Notes: generated by a model not told the origin, from the letters alone. Positions 9,695 to 18,909 are shown, counted from the first letter of the stretch. The stretch is 64,000 nt of DNA from Candidatus Kaiserbacteria bacterium (GCA_031430855.1 JANPCG010000015.1:68522-132521); one strand, 5' to 3'. Numbers and translations: made by a program.

Positions 9695-10756
9695 ATGACA
9701 ATTGATTTTGATGCAGAAATTGTAGCGCACCTCGAGCAAGTCAGACGACTGCAGAAACCGTCTGGGGTATTTACTGCCTCCGCGCACGATGTAGCGACTG
9801 GATACGACAAGGCGTGGCTCCGTGATATTTATTTTATGACTCTCGGGTTTCTTGAGACGGGTGAGATTGAAGTGGTACAAAAAGCAGCCCGAGCCTTACT
9901 CGAAGTATTTGTAAAACACGAAGCAAAAATTAATTGGGCAATCGAACATCGTCCACATGAAACCTGGCAGCGCATTCATGCCCGTTTCCATCCTGAGACC
10001 TTTGAGGAATATTGGGAAGAGTGGGGAAATAGTCAGAACGATGCGGTGGGTGAAGTCCTTAATATTATTGTTGAGCTCGAATTGTGTAATGCGAGTGTAG
10101 TACAGACCGAAGACGAGCGAGAGGTGGTACAAAAAATTATCAACTACCTCGTTGCACTTGAGTATTGGCAAGATCCAGACAATGGCATTTGGGAAGAGAA
10201 TATGGAGGTCCACGCCTCATCAGTTGGTTCCTGCGTGGCGGCGCTAAAGAAAGCAAAAAATGTCCCTTGGCTTAGCGTTCCTGATGATTCGATCACTCAA
10301 GGTGAAATTGCTCTTCGTAATATGTTGCCACGCGAATCAAAAACAAAATTTGCTGACCTGGCGCTACTCTCGCTGATCTATCCATTTGCCGTGACGACAC
10401 CGGAAGAGACGGAAACTATTTTACGTAATGTAGAGTACCATCTCACTCGAGATAAAGGGGTAATTCGATATAAACTCGACCGCTATTATAATCAAAATGA
10501 AGATGGATACAGTGAAGAGGCTGAGTGGTGTTTTGGATTAGCGTGGCTCGCGATTATTTATGCCGAGCGCGGTGAGAAAGAAAAGGCCTACTACTATCTC
10601 AGGCGGGCAAAAATGACCGTTACTCCAGCCGGTCAGGTTCCTGAGCTTTACTATTCACACACTGAAATACCAAACGACAATACACCGTTAGGTTGGGCAG
10701 AGAGTATGTATGTTGTGGCGCTTCAAAAAGTAAAGGAGATGGATATTCGAGGTTAG
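9695..10756 (+). CDS. Glycoside hydrolase family 15-like (glucoamylase-related alpha/alpha barrel) protein
   Basis: WLRDIYFMTLG ... NGIWEENMEVH ... GLAWLAIIY resemble the GH15 W-x-RD and WEE catalytic-region motifs. The protein is short for a complete GH15. Confidence 0.45.
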   Translation: MTIDFDAEIVAHLEQVRRLQKPSGVFTASAHDVATGYDKAWLRDIYFMTLGFLETGEIEVVQKAARALLEVFVKHEAKINWAIEHRPHETWQRIHARFHPETFEEYWEEWGNSQNDAVGEVLNIIVELELCNASVVQTEDEREVVQKIINYLVALEYWQDPDNGIWEENMEVHASSVGSCVAALKKAKNVPWLSVPDDSITQGEIALRNMLPRESKTKFADLALLSLIYPFAVTTPEETETILRNVEYHLTRDKGVIRYKLDRYYNQNEDGYSEEAEWCFGLAWLAIIYAERGEKEKAYYYLRRAKMTVTPAGQVPELYYSHTEIPNDNTPLGWAESMYVVALQKVKEMDIRG

Positions 10757-10844
10757 TCCAAATGTCATACGAAGAAGTATTATTTTGTAATAAACAAGGC
10801 AAAAATGCGTAGTAATTAGTGTTAGAAATTAAATTACGATAGAC

Positions 10845-10874
10845 ATGACAAAAAAGCTGTATTTGCAGGAGTGA
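10845..10874 (+). pseudogene. Silent 5' fragment of msrA (ATGACAAAAAAGCTGTATTTGC...) fused to repeat-element copy 1
   Basis: At least 16 nt are identical to the start of the msrA CDS at 11160 (atgacTaaaaaagctgtatttgcC). A 1-nt deletion shifts the frame into a TGA inside the repeat hairpin. Confidence 0.4.
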
Positions 10875-10952
10875 AGAAGTGTTAAGACACTTCTGCAAGA
10901 GGTTGCCTGCTATTTTGAAGAATGAAAAATAGCGACAACCTGAACAGGTTCT
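10868..10952 (+). repeat. Structured repeat element, copy 1 (hairpin1 GAAGTGT-taag-ACACTTC; hairpin2 AGGTTGCCTGCTATTTT..AAAATAGCGACAACCT; hairpin3 TTCTGTAAGAA)
   Basis: Homologous to the segments at 11046-11130, 17544-17734, 30509-30714 and 26236-26310. Differences in the hairpin arms are compensatory. Confidence 0.6.
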
Positions 10953-11007
10953 GTAAGAACTGCATTTAGGTAAACGTTTTAATAAATACTCTTTAACAAC
11001 ACATACC

Positions 11008-11046
11008 ATGATCAAGACTGCTGTGCTGGCCGGAGGATGTTTCTAG
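11008..11046 (+). pseudogene. Second silent msrA-like 5' fragment (MIKTAVLAGGCF*) fused to repeat-element copy 2
   Basis: ggatgtttctAggg matches msrA ggatgtttctGggg (GGCFWG) with TGG changed to TAG. A hairpin of the repeat follows immediately. Confidence 0.4.
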
Positions 11047-11130
11047 GGTGAGACAGTCCGGGGGACTGTCGCAAGAGGTTAACGGCTATTTTGGAAAAAT
11101 AGCGATAACCTGAACAGCTTCTGTAAGAAG
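11046..11130 (+). repeat. Structured repeat element, copy 2 (hairpin1 GACAGTCC-ggg-GGACTGTC; hairpin2 AGGTTAACGGCTATTTT..AAAATAGCGATAACCT; hairpin3 CTTCTGTAAGAAG)
   Basis: Same architecture as copy 1 with different hairpin sequences that are still complementary. Confidence 0.6.
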
Positions 11131-11159
11131 TGGATGACCTATTCGTTAATATTTATTTT

Positions 11160-11654
11160 ATGACTAAAAAAGCTGTATTTGCCGGCGGATGTTTCTGGGG
11201 CATGGAAGACCTCTTTCGCGACCTCCACCCCGGCATCATTTCTACGGAAACAGGCTATACCGGAGGAACAAACGAAAACCCAACCTACCAAAATCATCTC
11301 GGACATGCGGAGGCGATTCAGGTCGAATACGACGCCACCAAAATTAGCTATCGCCAACTTCTCGATTTTTTCTTTCGGGTTCATAATCCAACGACGCTTA
11401 ATCAGCAGGGGAATGATCGTGGTACGTCATACCGGTCAACCATTTTCTATGGGAACGATGAGGAAAAAGCTGAAGCAGAGGCATTTATCGATCTCGTGAA
11501 TGAATCTGCACGTTGGGAAGATCCGGTTGTGACAACGCTCGAACCCCTCACCCGGTTTTGGCCTGCGGAAGATTATCATCAAGATTATTTAGTGAAGAAT
11601 CCAGGTGGATATACCTGTCACGCAATACGATTCGAATCATATTTAAAGCAGTAA
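11160..11654 (+). CDS. msrA: Peptide methionine sulfoxide reductase MsrA
   Basis: MTKKAVFAGGCFWGMEDLF...GYTGG...YHQDYL contains the GCFWG active-site motif. The ORF extends to 11130, but the start is taken at ATG 11160. Confidence 0.9.
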   Translation: MTKKAVFAGGCFWGMEDLFRDLHPGIISTETGYTGGTNENPTYQNHLGHAEAIQVEYDATKISYRQLLDFFFRVHNPTTLNQQGNDRGTSYRSTIFYGNDEEKAEAEAFIDLVNESARWEDPVVTTLEPLTRFWPAEDYHQDYLVKNPGGYTCHAIRFESYLKQ

Positions 11655-11711
11655 TTATATAAACACCAAAGTATCACAGCTGCTTTGTAAGCTGCCGTTG
11701 TATCGACTGCA

Positions 11712-12332
11712 ATGCTCGTGATGATATACTACTCGTATATGTTAAAAGCAATATATTTTTTTCTCATTGTTGCAATCATGACTGGTATTGTTGGCGTGCT
11801 CTACACTCGCTTTAATAACGAATCGTCTACCATTGTTCCTGATACTGATGAGGCCGTTATGTGTACGATGGATGCGATGCAGTGTCCGGATGGCAGTTTT
11901 GTGGGAAGAACCGCGCCCAAGTGTGAGTTCGTTTGTCCGCCAGCACCAGCAATACCAGCAGATGTTCAAGCTTCTCTCGATGCCAAGGCAGGCTTGATTG
12001 TGGTCGAATCATTAATGCCAGGATCGGTTGTTACTAATGGCATGACCGTGACCGGGAAGGCGCGCGGAAATTGGTTTTTTGAAGCGTCATTTCCGGTATC
12101 TATTGTTAATTGGGATGGACGTATCATTGCGCAAAGTATTGCTACGGCAAACGGTGAATGGATGACAACACAATTTGTTCCTTTTGCTGCCACACTAAAT
12201 TTTGAATCACCGTACAAAGAAGGTGATCCTGATTTTATGAAGCGAGGAGCGATAATTATCCAAAAAGATAATCCTTCAGGTTTGCCGGAGAATGATGATG
12301 CGATTGAAATTCCTATTACCTTTGCACCATAA
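11712..12332 (+). CDS. Membrane-anchored protein with Gmad2-like immunoglobulin-like domain
   Basis: N-terminal TM, then ...GNWFFEASFPVSIVNWDGRIIAQSIATANGEWMTTQFVPFAATLNF, which resembles the Gmad2 Ig-like fold. Confidence 0.45.
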   Translation: MLVMIYYSYMLKAIYFFLIVAIMTGIVGVLYTRFNNESSTIVPDTDEAVMCTMDAMQCPDGSFVGRTAPKCEFVCPPAPAIPADVQASLDAKAGLIVVESLMPGSVVTNGMTVTGKARGNWFFEASFPVSIVNWDGRIIAQSIATANGEWMTTQFVPFAATLNFESPYKEGDPDFMKRGAIIIQKDNPSGLPENDDAIEIPITFAP

Positions 12333-12598
12333 AGGGGTATGTCTTTGAATGGCATGGGCGTATACTATTGGTATTATAAACATAACGAATCAAGCGTGTA
12401 ATTCCCAAATTTCAGTAACGTTTACTCATTATAATTAGCTATTCTATGGCCAAAGGCGAAGTCCGACATAAAAAAGAAGCAAAGAAACCAAAAAAGGAAA
12501 AGATTAAAGACATTTAATCTAACGAAAAACCGACTGGTCAATACGACTGGTCGTTTTTTTTGTTATACTAATAGATATTTATAGGCAAATTATAAACT

Positions 12599-13213
12599 AT
12601 GAAAACTGGATATATTGTAGTGGGAGTAGGGTTGGTTGTCGTGGTAGGAGTGGTCGGATGGCTCATGTTATCAGGTGGTTCCGCACCGGTTGCTGAATCT
12701 ACTCAAACATACGTAGAGACCCCTACTGAAATTCCACCAGTCGCTGAACAATTGACGGGACAGGACACCCTCATGAATCTTTTAGGTCTCGGAAAAACAT
12801 TAGAATGCTCTTTTCAATTCAAAGATGATGGTAATCAAGGTGAAGGGACGGGATTCTTTGAGGGAAATAAAATGCGCGTTGATATGATGTACACCGCCAC
12901 GAGTGGTGAAGTATTTACTTCAAATATGATTAATGATGGCGCAACTATGTATCTCTGGTCTGATACTGAAGAAGGTAAATTCGCCATGAAAATGTCAGCC
13001 ACTCCTGATGCTGCTTCCGGTCAGGCGAGTCCACTGGATGTGCCACTTGATGCTACTACGAAGGTTTGGTATACCTGCAAACCTTGGAATGTTGACGGTT
13101 CTGTGTTTGAAGCACCACAAGACGTAACCTTTATGGATATGTCGAGTATGCAGCAACAAATGCAAGATCTCCAAAGGGGGATGGAAGATATTTCTCTGCC
13201 AACCTCGGAATAA
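12599..13213 (+). CDS. Hypothetical membrane-anchored exported protein (204 aa)
   Basis: N-terminal TM (IVVGVGLVVVVGVVGWLML) followed by a soluble domain. No known motif. Confidence 0.5.
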   Translation: MKTGYIVVGVGLVVVVGVVGWLMLSGGSAPVAESTQTYVETPTEIPPVAEQLTGQDTLMNLLGLGKTLECSFQFKDDGNQGEGTGFFEGNKMRVDMMYTATSGEVFTSNMINDGATMYLWSDTEEGKFAMKMSATPDAASGQASPLDVPLDATTKVWYTCKPWNVDGSVFEAPQDVTFMDMSSMQQQMQDLQRGMEDISLPTSE

Positions 13214-13281
13214 ATAATTATTTATCAACACCTTGGTATTTGAAATTCTGACAACGTGGAGTACTGTATAAAGTAACTGGA

Positions 13282-13320
13282 GGCCGGGGCACGCAAGTGC
13301 CCCGGCCTTTCTGTTGTTTT
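13282..13320 (+). terminator. Rho-independent terminator
   Basis: GGCCGGGGCAC-gcaa-GTGCCCCGGCC followed by TTTCTGTTGTTTT. Confidence 0.65.
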
Positions 13321-13339
13321 AAAATTATTTTATAAAATC

Positions 13340-15973
13340 ATGGCTACCAATATGTTCACAATTATCAGAACCCAAACAGCCGGTATTATACTAGCTATCG
13401 TGCTCGCAGGTATTAGCTTTAGTCTACTTGCTCCAGCAGCTTCTGCTCAGGTAGCAAATAGTAGCGTTGTGTCACAACTGCAAGCCCAGATTGCAGCCCT
13501 TATGGCACAAATTGCTGGGATGCAGAGCGGGGTTAATACCACACCTGCAATAGAAGTTTTTGCAGTAGGCTCACTGGTTCAGCCGACAGCCAATGTGCGA
13601 GTTAGGTCCTTATCTGGTACTACTGGTGTTATTTTAGGAACTGCTACTCCGGGAAGTGTTGGAAAAGTAGAAGCCGGTCCAGTAAAACAAGGCGGTGTTA
13701 ACTGGTATCGTATCACATTTAAAACTAACCTATCGGGCTGGGTCGCTGGTACTTGGCTTACTAAGGTCAACAATCAGCTGGTAGATGTGAATACATTTGT
13801 TAAAACAAATAATGGTAGTGACAATAAAATGGAACCGGGCCTAGAAGATGCTTCTATTGTAAATATTAAAGTTTTGCCTGCTAGTTTCGATAGATATGCT
13901 AATAAAGTAGTTTTGCAATTTACTCCTACCGAAGTAAATGGTGAGGATCTACCCTGGGTCGCTTTTGAGAATATTTCACTTTGGGCTAATGGCTGGAATA
14001 TTCGAAACGTTAATGCGGGTGACATGGGTCTATGGAGGAAGGTTGGAAATAGTTACCAGATAACAGTTTTTTCTGGTAACCAAAAAATTTCACCCAACCG
14101 ACCATACAATTTTGTCTTGGCAGTCACGAGTGATGTGGATACTCCAGTAGGAGATCGTTGGAATGTGACAGTGCCAGCTAAAGGCGCAGTAATTTGGTCT
14201 CAGGCAAATGGTCACATGACTAACGCTGCTGCCATGACTACGTATCCGATTGAGTTTATAAAAAGTGATGAAGAAGAAGATCAGGTATATGTCGAAGTAA
14301 TTAAAACTGAAGCGACAGTTATTGCTAACACCTTTGTTAATAGCGAATCAGGTGAATTCAAAATAAAGTTTGAAGTGACGGCCGGTGATAGCGATGTTTA
14401 TTTATCGGGAGTACCAAATGGTTTAGATTATTTCGGCCGTCCATTTTCGGAGGATAGTTTTGTGAACTTTTCTATTGTGAATGGAGACGGACGAGTGCTA
14501 GATGGATATAAACTTGAGGGGTATACAACTACGCTTACTACTACAGCTAACGATGTTGTTGCTGGTCCAGGAACAATACACTTTATTAGCGAGGGTGAAA
14601 CAGAAGAATTTACCTTTGTGGTCAAATACAAACCAGCTACTGGTATGGCCGGAGCCTATCGAGTTCAGCTAGAAGGACCACTTCGATACAGCCCTGATAA
14701 ATCATTTAATGACGGGAAACCTAATAAAACTGCAGATATTAACGAAAAAGATTCACTAACACCGCAGCTTTACCTCATTGGCGGAGCTCGATCGACTGCA
14801 AAAATTGATTCCTTTACCGTTACACCAAGTAAAATACAAGCGGGTAGTGGAGTTCCAGTTACCTTTGCGTGGAAATCATCGGGAACTGCCTACTGTTATA
14901 TAACAGAAAATCTTAATGGAGTTACTAACAATCTTGGTCTGTCTGATTTGAAAACTCAAGGTACTGTAACGTATTATGTTCCAGATAAGTATACAAACGG
15001 AACAGAAGTGCCATATGTATTAAATTGCCAAGATGCCAGTACACAAAAAGATACATTAGTGCAGGCCACTACAAAAGTAAGCCTTGTTTCTGAAATGCCA
15101 TTTGTGACTATTACAGGTATTACAACTGGAGCTACCCCGATAATTTCAGGAAATTCTGAAGAGCGAATAAGTAAACTCGGCTTTTCTATAGCGGGCCCTT
15201 CGGGTGATAAGGTGTATGCAAGTGGTGATATTGCCCCGGTGAATGGTAAATGGTCACATAAAGTTACTGCAAAGTTACAAGAGGGTAACCATGAAGTGAT
15301 TGTATATATGGAAAATAAAGAAGTTGCTCGTAAACCGTTTACAGTTGGTGGACAAACACCAATAATTATGTGCATAAGTGGTGTTAAAAAATACATTGAA
15401 GGTACAAAATTACAGCAGATTATTGTGGGTGGTCAAACAACAGTTATAGCTGATGCCTCGTATGTGTGTCGAAAAGGGAAGTGGGTGATTGAAGGTTCGT
15501 TGCCAAATTCGCCAATTACCAGTAGTTCGACTCCACGCATCACGAGTATTGTTGCCAGTCCGAGTGGGCAATATGTCGCCACGGTGGTATTGGGTCGCCC
15601 AACTACTACACGTTCAGTGATGGGACCGGTTAATTTAGGAACTATTTCCTGGGGTGATCGGGTGACTGAAAATATCTTTGGATTAGTAACTAGAAATGAA
15701 ATGGTTGTTACGAAAAATCACACCTATAGAACACCTGGTACGTACACGGTTACGGTTAAAGGTCTGAGTGGAGCAACTGCCTCGAAAACAGTGGTAGTAG
15801 GGACTTCTGGTTCAGGTACGGGAAGTAGTACTCTTCCTATGATACGACCGTCAGGTTTTGGTGGTTCATCTAGTACTTCAACAGGTATCGTTCGTGGCGC
15901 ATCAGTCGATGTCTTTGCAGAAATTAGTTCAACACTTACAACTATTAGCGAAATGCTAAAAACAATAAAGTAA
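13340..15973 (+). CDS. Large secreted protein (877 aa) with N-terminal signal peptide, coiled/Ala-Gln region and SH3b-like domain
   Basis: Signal peptide with ASA|QV cleavage site. VRVRSLSGTTGVILGTATPGSVGKVEAGPVKQGGVNWYRITF..GWVAGTWL is SH3b-like. The rest is Ig-like beta-rich sequence. Confidence 0.7.
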   Translation: MATNMFTIIRTQTAGIILAIVLAGISFSLLAPAASAQVANSSVVSQLQAQIAALMAQIAGMQSGVNTTPAIEVFAVGSLVQPTANVRVRSLSGTTGVILGTATPGSVGKVEAGPVKQGGVNWYRITFKTNLSGWVAGTWLTKVNNQLVDVNTFVKTNNGSDNKMEPGLEDASIVNIKVLPASFDRYANKVVLQFTPTEVNGEDLPWVAFENISLWANGWNIRNVNAGDMGLWRKVGNSYQITVFSGNQKISPNRPYNFVLAVTSDVDTPVGDRWNVTVPAKGAVIWSQANGHMTNAAAMTTYPIEFIKSDEEEDQVYVEVIKTEATVIANTFVNSESGEFKIKFEVTAGDSDVYLSGVPNGLDYFGRPFSEDSFVNFSIVNGDGRVLDGYKLEGYTTTLTTTANDVVAGPGTIHFISEGETEEFTFVVKYKPATGMAGAYRVQLEGPLRYSPDKSFNDGKPNKTADINEKDSLTPQLYLIGGARSTAKIDSFTVTPSKIQAGSGVPVTFAWKSSGTAYCYITENLNGVTNNLGLSDLKTQGTVTYYVPDKYTNGTEVPYVLNCQDASTQKDTLVQATTKVSLVSEMPFVTITGITTGATPIISGNSEERISKLGFSIAGPSGDKVYASGDIAPVNGKWSHKVTAKLQEGNHEVIVYMENKEVARKPFTVGGQTPIIMCISGVKKYIEGTKLQQIIVGGQTTVIADASYVCRKGKWVIEGSLPNSPITSSSTPRITSIVASPSGQYVATVVLGRPTTTRSVMGPVNLGTISWGDRVTENIFGLVTRNEMVVTKNHTYRTPGTYTVTVKGLSGATASKTVVVGTSGSGTGSSTLPMIRPSGFGGSSSTSTGIVRGASVDVFAEISSTLTTISEMLKTIK

Positions 15974-15992
15974 CAACCGTACAGAACGACAT

Positions 15993-16026
15993 AAAAACAC
16001 TCGCCCGATACGGGCGAGTGTTTTTA
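15993..16026 (+). terminator. Rho-independent terminator
   Basis: AAAAACACTCGCCCG-ata-CGGGCGAGTGTTTTT. Confidence 0.7.
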
Positions 16027-16064
16027 GTTAACAAACAGCCAAAAATAGTGTATGGTACACACCT

Positions 16065-17561
16065 ATGTCTCGCATGGATGGATTGGTCGTCTTTAGTGAC
16101 GTCTCATATGAATATGATGCAACCCGGCCAATTTTAAAAGCGGCCAATTTTGTCGTGCGACGAGGTTCAAAACTTACTCTGATGGGTCAAAATGGTGCCG
16201 GCAAAAGTACCCTTTTTGCTTTGATTATCGGCCATCTTAAAGTGGACGAGGGCGATATTAACATTCAACCACGTACCACCATTGCGGTCTCGCGTCAGAT
16301 TATTCCACGGCCTGAATTAGAACTCACCGTCCGAGCATTTTTTGAACAGTGTTTTACTGAAAAAGTCTACGATATTGACCCTAAAATTGATGACGTGCTT
16401 GAGATTGTAAACTTGGTGCCAACAGAGAAAATGAAAGAGGAATTCAAGGACCGTATAATTGGTAGCTTCTCAGGTGGTCAGCAGGCGCGCTTGCTTTTAG
16501 CACAGGCGTTGATTCAGAACCCGGATGTTCTTCTGCTTGATGAGCCAACGAATAATCTTGATGTGGCTGGGATTGACCACCTCACCTTGTTCCTAAAGGA
16601 CTACAAGAAAACGGTATTGGTAATTTCCCACGACGCTGATTTTCTTAATTCATTTACTGACGGAGTACTCTACCTGAATGTTCAAAATCGTCAGGTGGAA
16701 CAATATAATGGAAATTATCATGCGGTCTTAAAAGATATTGCAGCTCGGGTGGAAAAAGAACAACGTCAAAACGCACAGCTTGCTAAAGAAATCCAAGCCA
16801 ACAAAGACAAAATTAACTACTTCTCGAATAAGGGCGGGAAGATGCGGCTGGTTGCTAAACGGATGCGGGACGAAGTCGAGGAAGCGGAAGAGAACAAAGT
16901 CGATGTGCGGCGTGAAGATCGGACGATTCGTCCCTTTACCATTGAAACCCAGCCGGAGGTACCGGTTGATGTAGTGAAACTCTCGTCATATAAAGTAATT
17001 CGTAATCATCAGCCCAAAGACGTGGAATGTTCCCTCATTATTAAGCGTGGTTTTCATCTTCAGATTATAGGTCCAAACGGAATTGGGAAAACCACGCTCT
17101 TGGAGTCTCTGGCGTCAGGTCATGCGAAAGGGGAGCATATTGCAGAAGGGGTAAAAATTGGCTACTACCGTCAGGATTTTTCTAATCTTGAGTTTGATAA
17201 AACAGTATTTGAAACATTGATGGATTCGATGTCAAAGAAAATTGAAGAAGATATGAGGTCTGTCGCCGCTGGTTTTCTTTTAACTAATGACGTGATGAAA
17301 ACTCGCGTGGGAAATCTCTCTGAAGGACAAAAAGGGCTGGTTGCCTTTGCCAAGCTGACGATGGAGCGGCCAGGCCTCTTGATTCTCGATGAGCCAACAA
17401 ACCATATCAATTTCCGACACATCCCGGTGATTGCCGAAGCCTTAAATGAATATAAGGGTGCCATGATCTTGGTTTCTCACGTCCCTGAGTTTGTGGAGCA
17501 AATTCGTATTGATGACGTACTTGATTTGGGTAAAGAGAGCAAACGAGTGAGAAGTGACTAA
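16065..17561 (+). CDS. ABC-F family ATPase (tandem ABC domains, no TM; translation-factor type)
   Basis: Two Walker A motifs (GQNGAGKST; GPNGIGKTT), two signature motifs (LSGGQQARLLLA; LSEGQKGLVAFA) and two Walker B motifs (LLLDEPTNNLD; LILDEPTNHIN). The last 6 codons and the stop lie inside repeat copy 3. Confidence 0.85.
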   Translation: MSRMDGLVVFSDVSYEYDATRPILKAANFVVRRGSKLTLMGQNGAGKSTLFALIIGHLKVDEGDINIQPRTTIAVSRQIIPRPELELTVRAFFEQCFTEKVYDIDPKIDDVLEIVNLVPTEKMKEEFKDRIIGSFSGGQQARLLLAQALIQNPDVLLLDEPTNNLDVAGIDHLTLFLKDYKKTVLVISHDADFLNSFTDGVLYLNVQNRQVEQYNGNYHAVLKDIAARVEKEQRQNAQLAKEIQANKDKINYFSNKGGKMRLVAKRMRDEVEEAEENKVDVRREDRTIRPFTIETQPEVPVDVVKLSSYKVIRNHQPKDVECSLIIKRGFHLQIIGPNGIGKTTLLESLASGHAKGEHIAEGVKIGYYRQDFSNLEFDKTVFETLMDSMSKKIEEDMRSVAAGFLLTNDVMKTRVGNLSEGQKGLVAFAKLTMERPGLLILDEPTNHINFRHIPVIAEALNEYKGAMILVSHVPEFVEQIRIDDVLDLGKESKRVRSD

Positions 17562-17734
17562 TGTCACTTCGCAAGACCTTGCCTGCTCTTTTGGAAAAAG
17601 AGCGACAAGGTGTACCGCTTCTGTAAGAAGTAGCGACTATTGCGAACTTTGTTCCCGATTTGTCCTCCTAAGGCTAAAACGTGATTTAATATCACGTTTT
17701 AAAACCATTTGAGATATTTTGAATTAATGAAAAA
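17544..17734 (+). repeat. Structured repeat element, copy 3 (long form: hairpin1 GAAGTGAC-taat-GTCACTTC, hairpin2, hairpin3, then hairpin4 TTAAAACGTGAT-t-ATCACGTTTTAA and a conserved ATTTGAGATATTTTGAA tail)
   Basis: About 85% identical to copy 4 over about 190 nt. The ABC-F stop codon sits in the hairpin1 loop. Confidence 0.65.
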
Positions 17735-17868
17735 TATCCAAATGGTGTACTGCTCCTGTAAGGAGAAGCGCTGGAGCGTATACTCCAATACTTTTGAATA
17801 CATACGTTATTTCCGTATTTTGCACCCTTGGTCCTTGAACTGGTATACTAGGGCACGTCATTTGCTGT

Positions 17869-18894
17869 ATGAAAAATATTATCTTTGGAATCCTTCTTCT
17901 TGGCATCGTCGCTGCTTGTGGGGGTGGCGCGTATTATTTTGCCACGCAGTATTCTTTTTCCCCTTCTTTGTCTCCTGCTTCATCAGCAGAATCTAGTCAA
18001 CCACCTGCTTCAACTGGCCCCGCAACTGGCCTGGTTTTTGCAAAGCGTACGTTTGTCGTTCCGCCAACAGGAAGTACTACGACAGAGCTCCTCTATGTTG
18101 CTGCTACCAGTATCAGGGATTACCCTATGGGACGCTATACCACAGAGGACGGTCGAGCCGCTACTCTCATGGCCTACGAGGACTACGTGTCATCGTTTGA
18201 AAATAATCTCCGCGTAATTCCCATTTCTATAAATATTGGAAACGCCGGTGAGCAGTTCTACCTAGCCCTTCTCGAAGGAGAAGAGATGAAACATACGAAC
18301 TCATTCTACATAGGCGAACAAATTAGACTTCAGTCGATAACCCGATTAGGCAATCAAGTTACCGTAAATTACTTTGTACACGACCGCGATCAAACATTTG
18401 CTGAGCGACCGCGAGTTAATACCACGGCGATATACGATCTTGTTGAAAAAAAGATTGTTCAGGCTGGGCGGACACCTAAAACAGAAGCGGTTGTTGTTAT
18501 GAAAGATTTTAAGGGTAAGTATTTGTGGGTAAAAACAGTACCAAAAGATGGCGATGAGGTGACACCCAATCAACCAGATAAATTCGGTGTACTCTTTAAT
18601 ACCAATCAAATTGAAATTCAAACAGACTGTAATTTAGGAAACGCGAGCTTCAGTGCCGAAGCTGGTTCGTCTACGGTATTTACCCTGGGTGAGATTGCGG
18701 CCACCAAAATGTTCTGTGAGAGTGCACAAGAAACGATTTATTTTGATATGTTTAAACAAGTTGACCGTTATGAAGAAGCAGAAAATGGTGATCTCACACT
18801 CTACTTCCGTGACGATGCTGGATATATGGAATTTGTCCCAGCCGGCAAAACACTTGAGTTTGAGGCAACTTCAACCACCGCCACGTCTTCGTAA
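17869..18894 (+). CDS. Lipoprotein with C-terminal META (HslJ-like, DUF306) domain
   Basis: Lipobox LLLGIVAAC. The C-terminus TDCNLGNASFS...ATKMFCESAQETIYFDMFKQVDRYEE matches the META-domain pattern. Confidence 0.55.
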   Translation: MKNIIFGILLLGIVAACGGGAYYFATQYSFSPSLSPASSAESSQPPASTGPATGLVFAKRTFVVPPTGSTTTELLYVAATSIRDYPMGRYTTEDGRAATLMAYEDYVSSFENNLRVIPISINIGNAGEQFYLALLEGEEMKHTNSFYIGEQIRLQSITRLGNQVTVNYFVHDRDQTFAERPRVNTTAIYDLVEKKIVQAGRTPKTEAVVVMKDFKGKYLWVKTVPKDGDEVTPNQPDKFGVLFNTNQIEIQTDCNLGNASFSAEAGSSTVFTLGEIAATKMFCESAQETIYFDMFKQVDRYEEAENGDLTLYFRDDAGYMEFVPAGKTLEFEATSTTATSS

Positions 18895-18909
18895 ATTGAG
18901 TACATATAA

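Noticed and set aside
12536-12570. Terminator after the Lys-rich micro-ORF
   Set aside because: The two GACTGGTC blocks are direct repeats, not inverted. Only a weak 4-6 bp stem precedes the T8 run, so it is not reported as a confident terminator.
17544-17734. Structured repeat as simple Rho-independent terminators
   Set aside because: The hairpins are not followed by U-runs, several occur in tandem, and two copies lie upstream of gene fragments. Bona fide terminators in this window (for example at 26178, 37371, 44395) look different.
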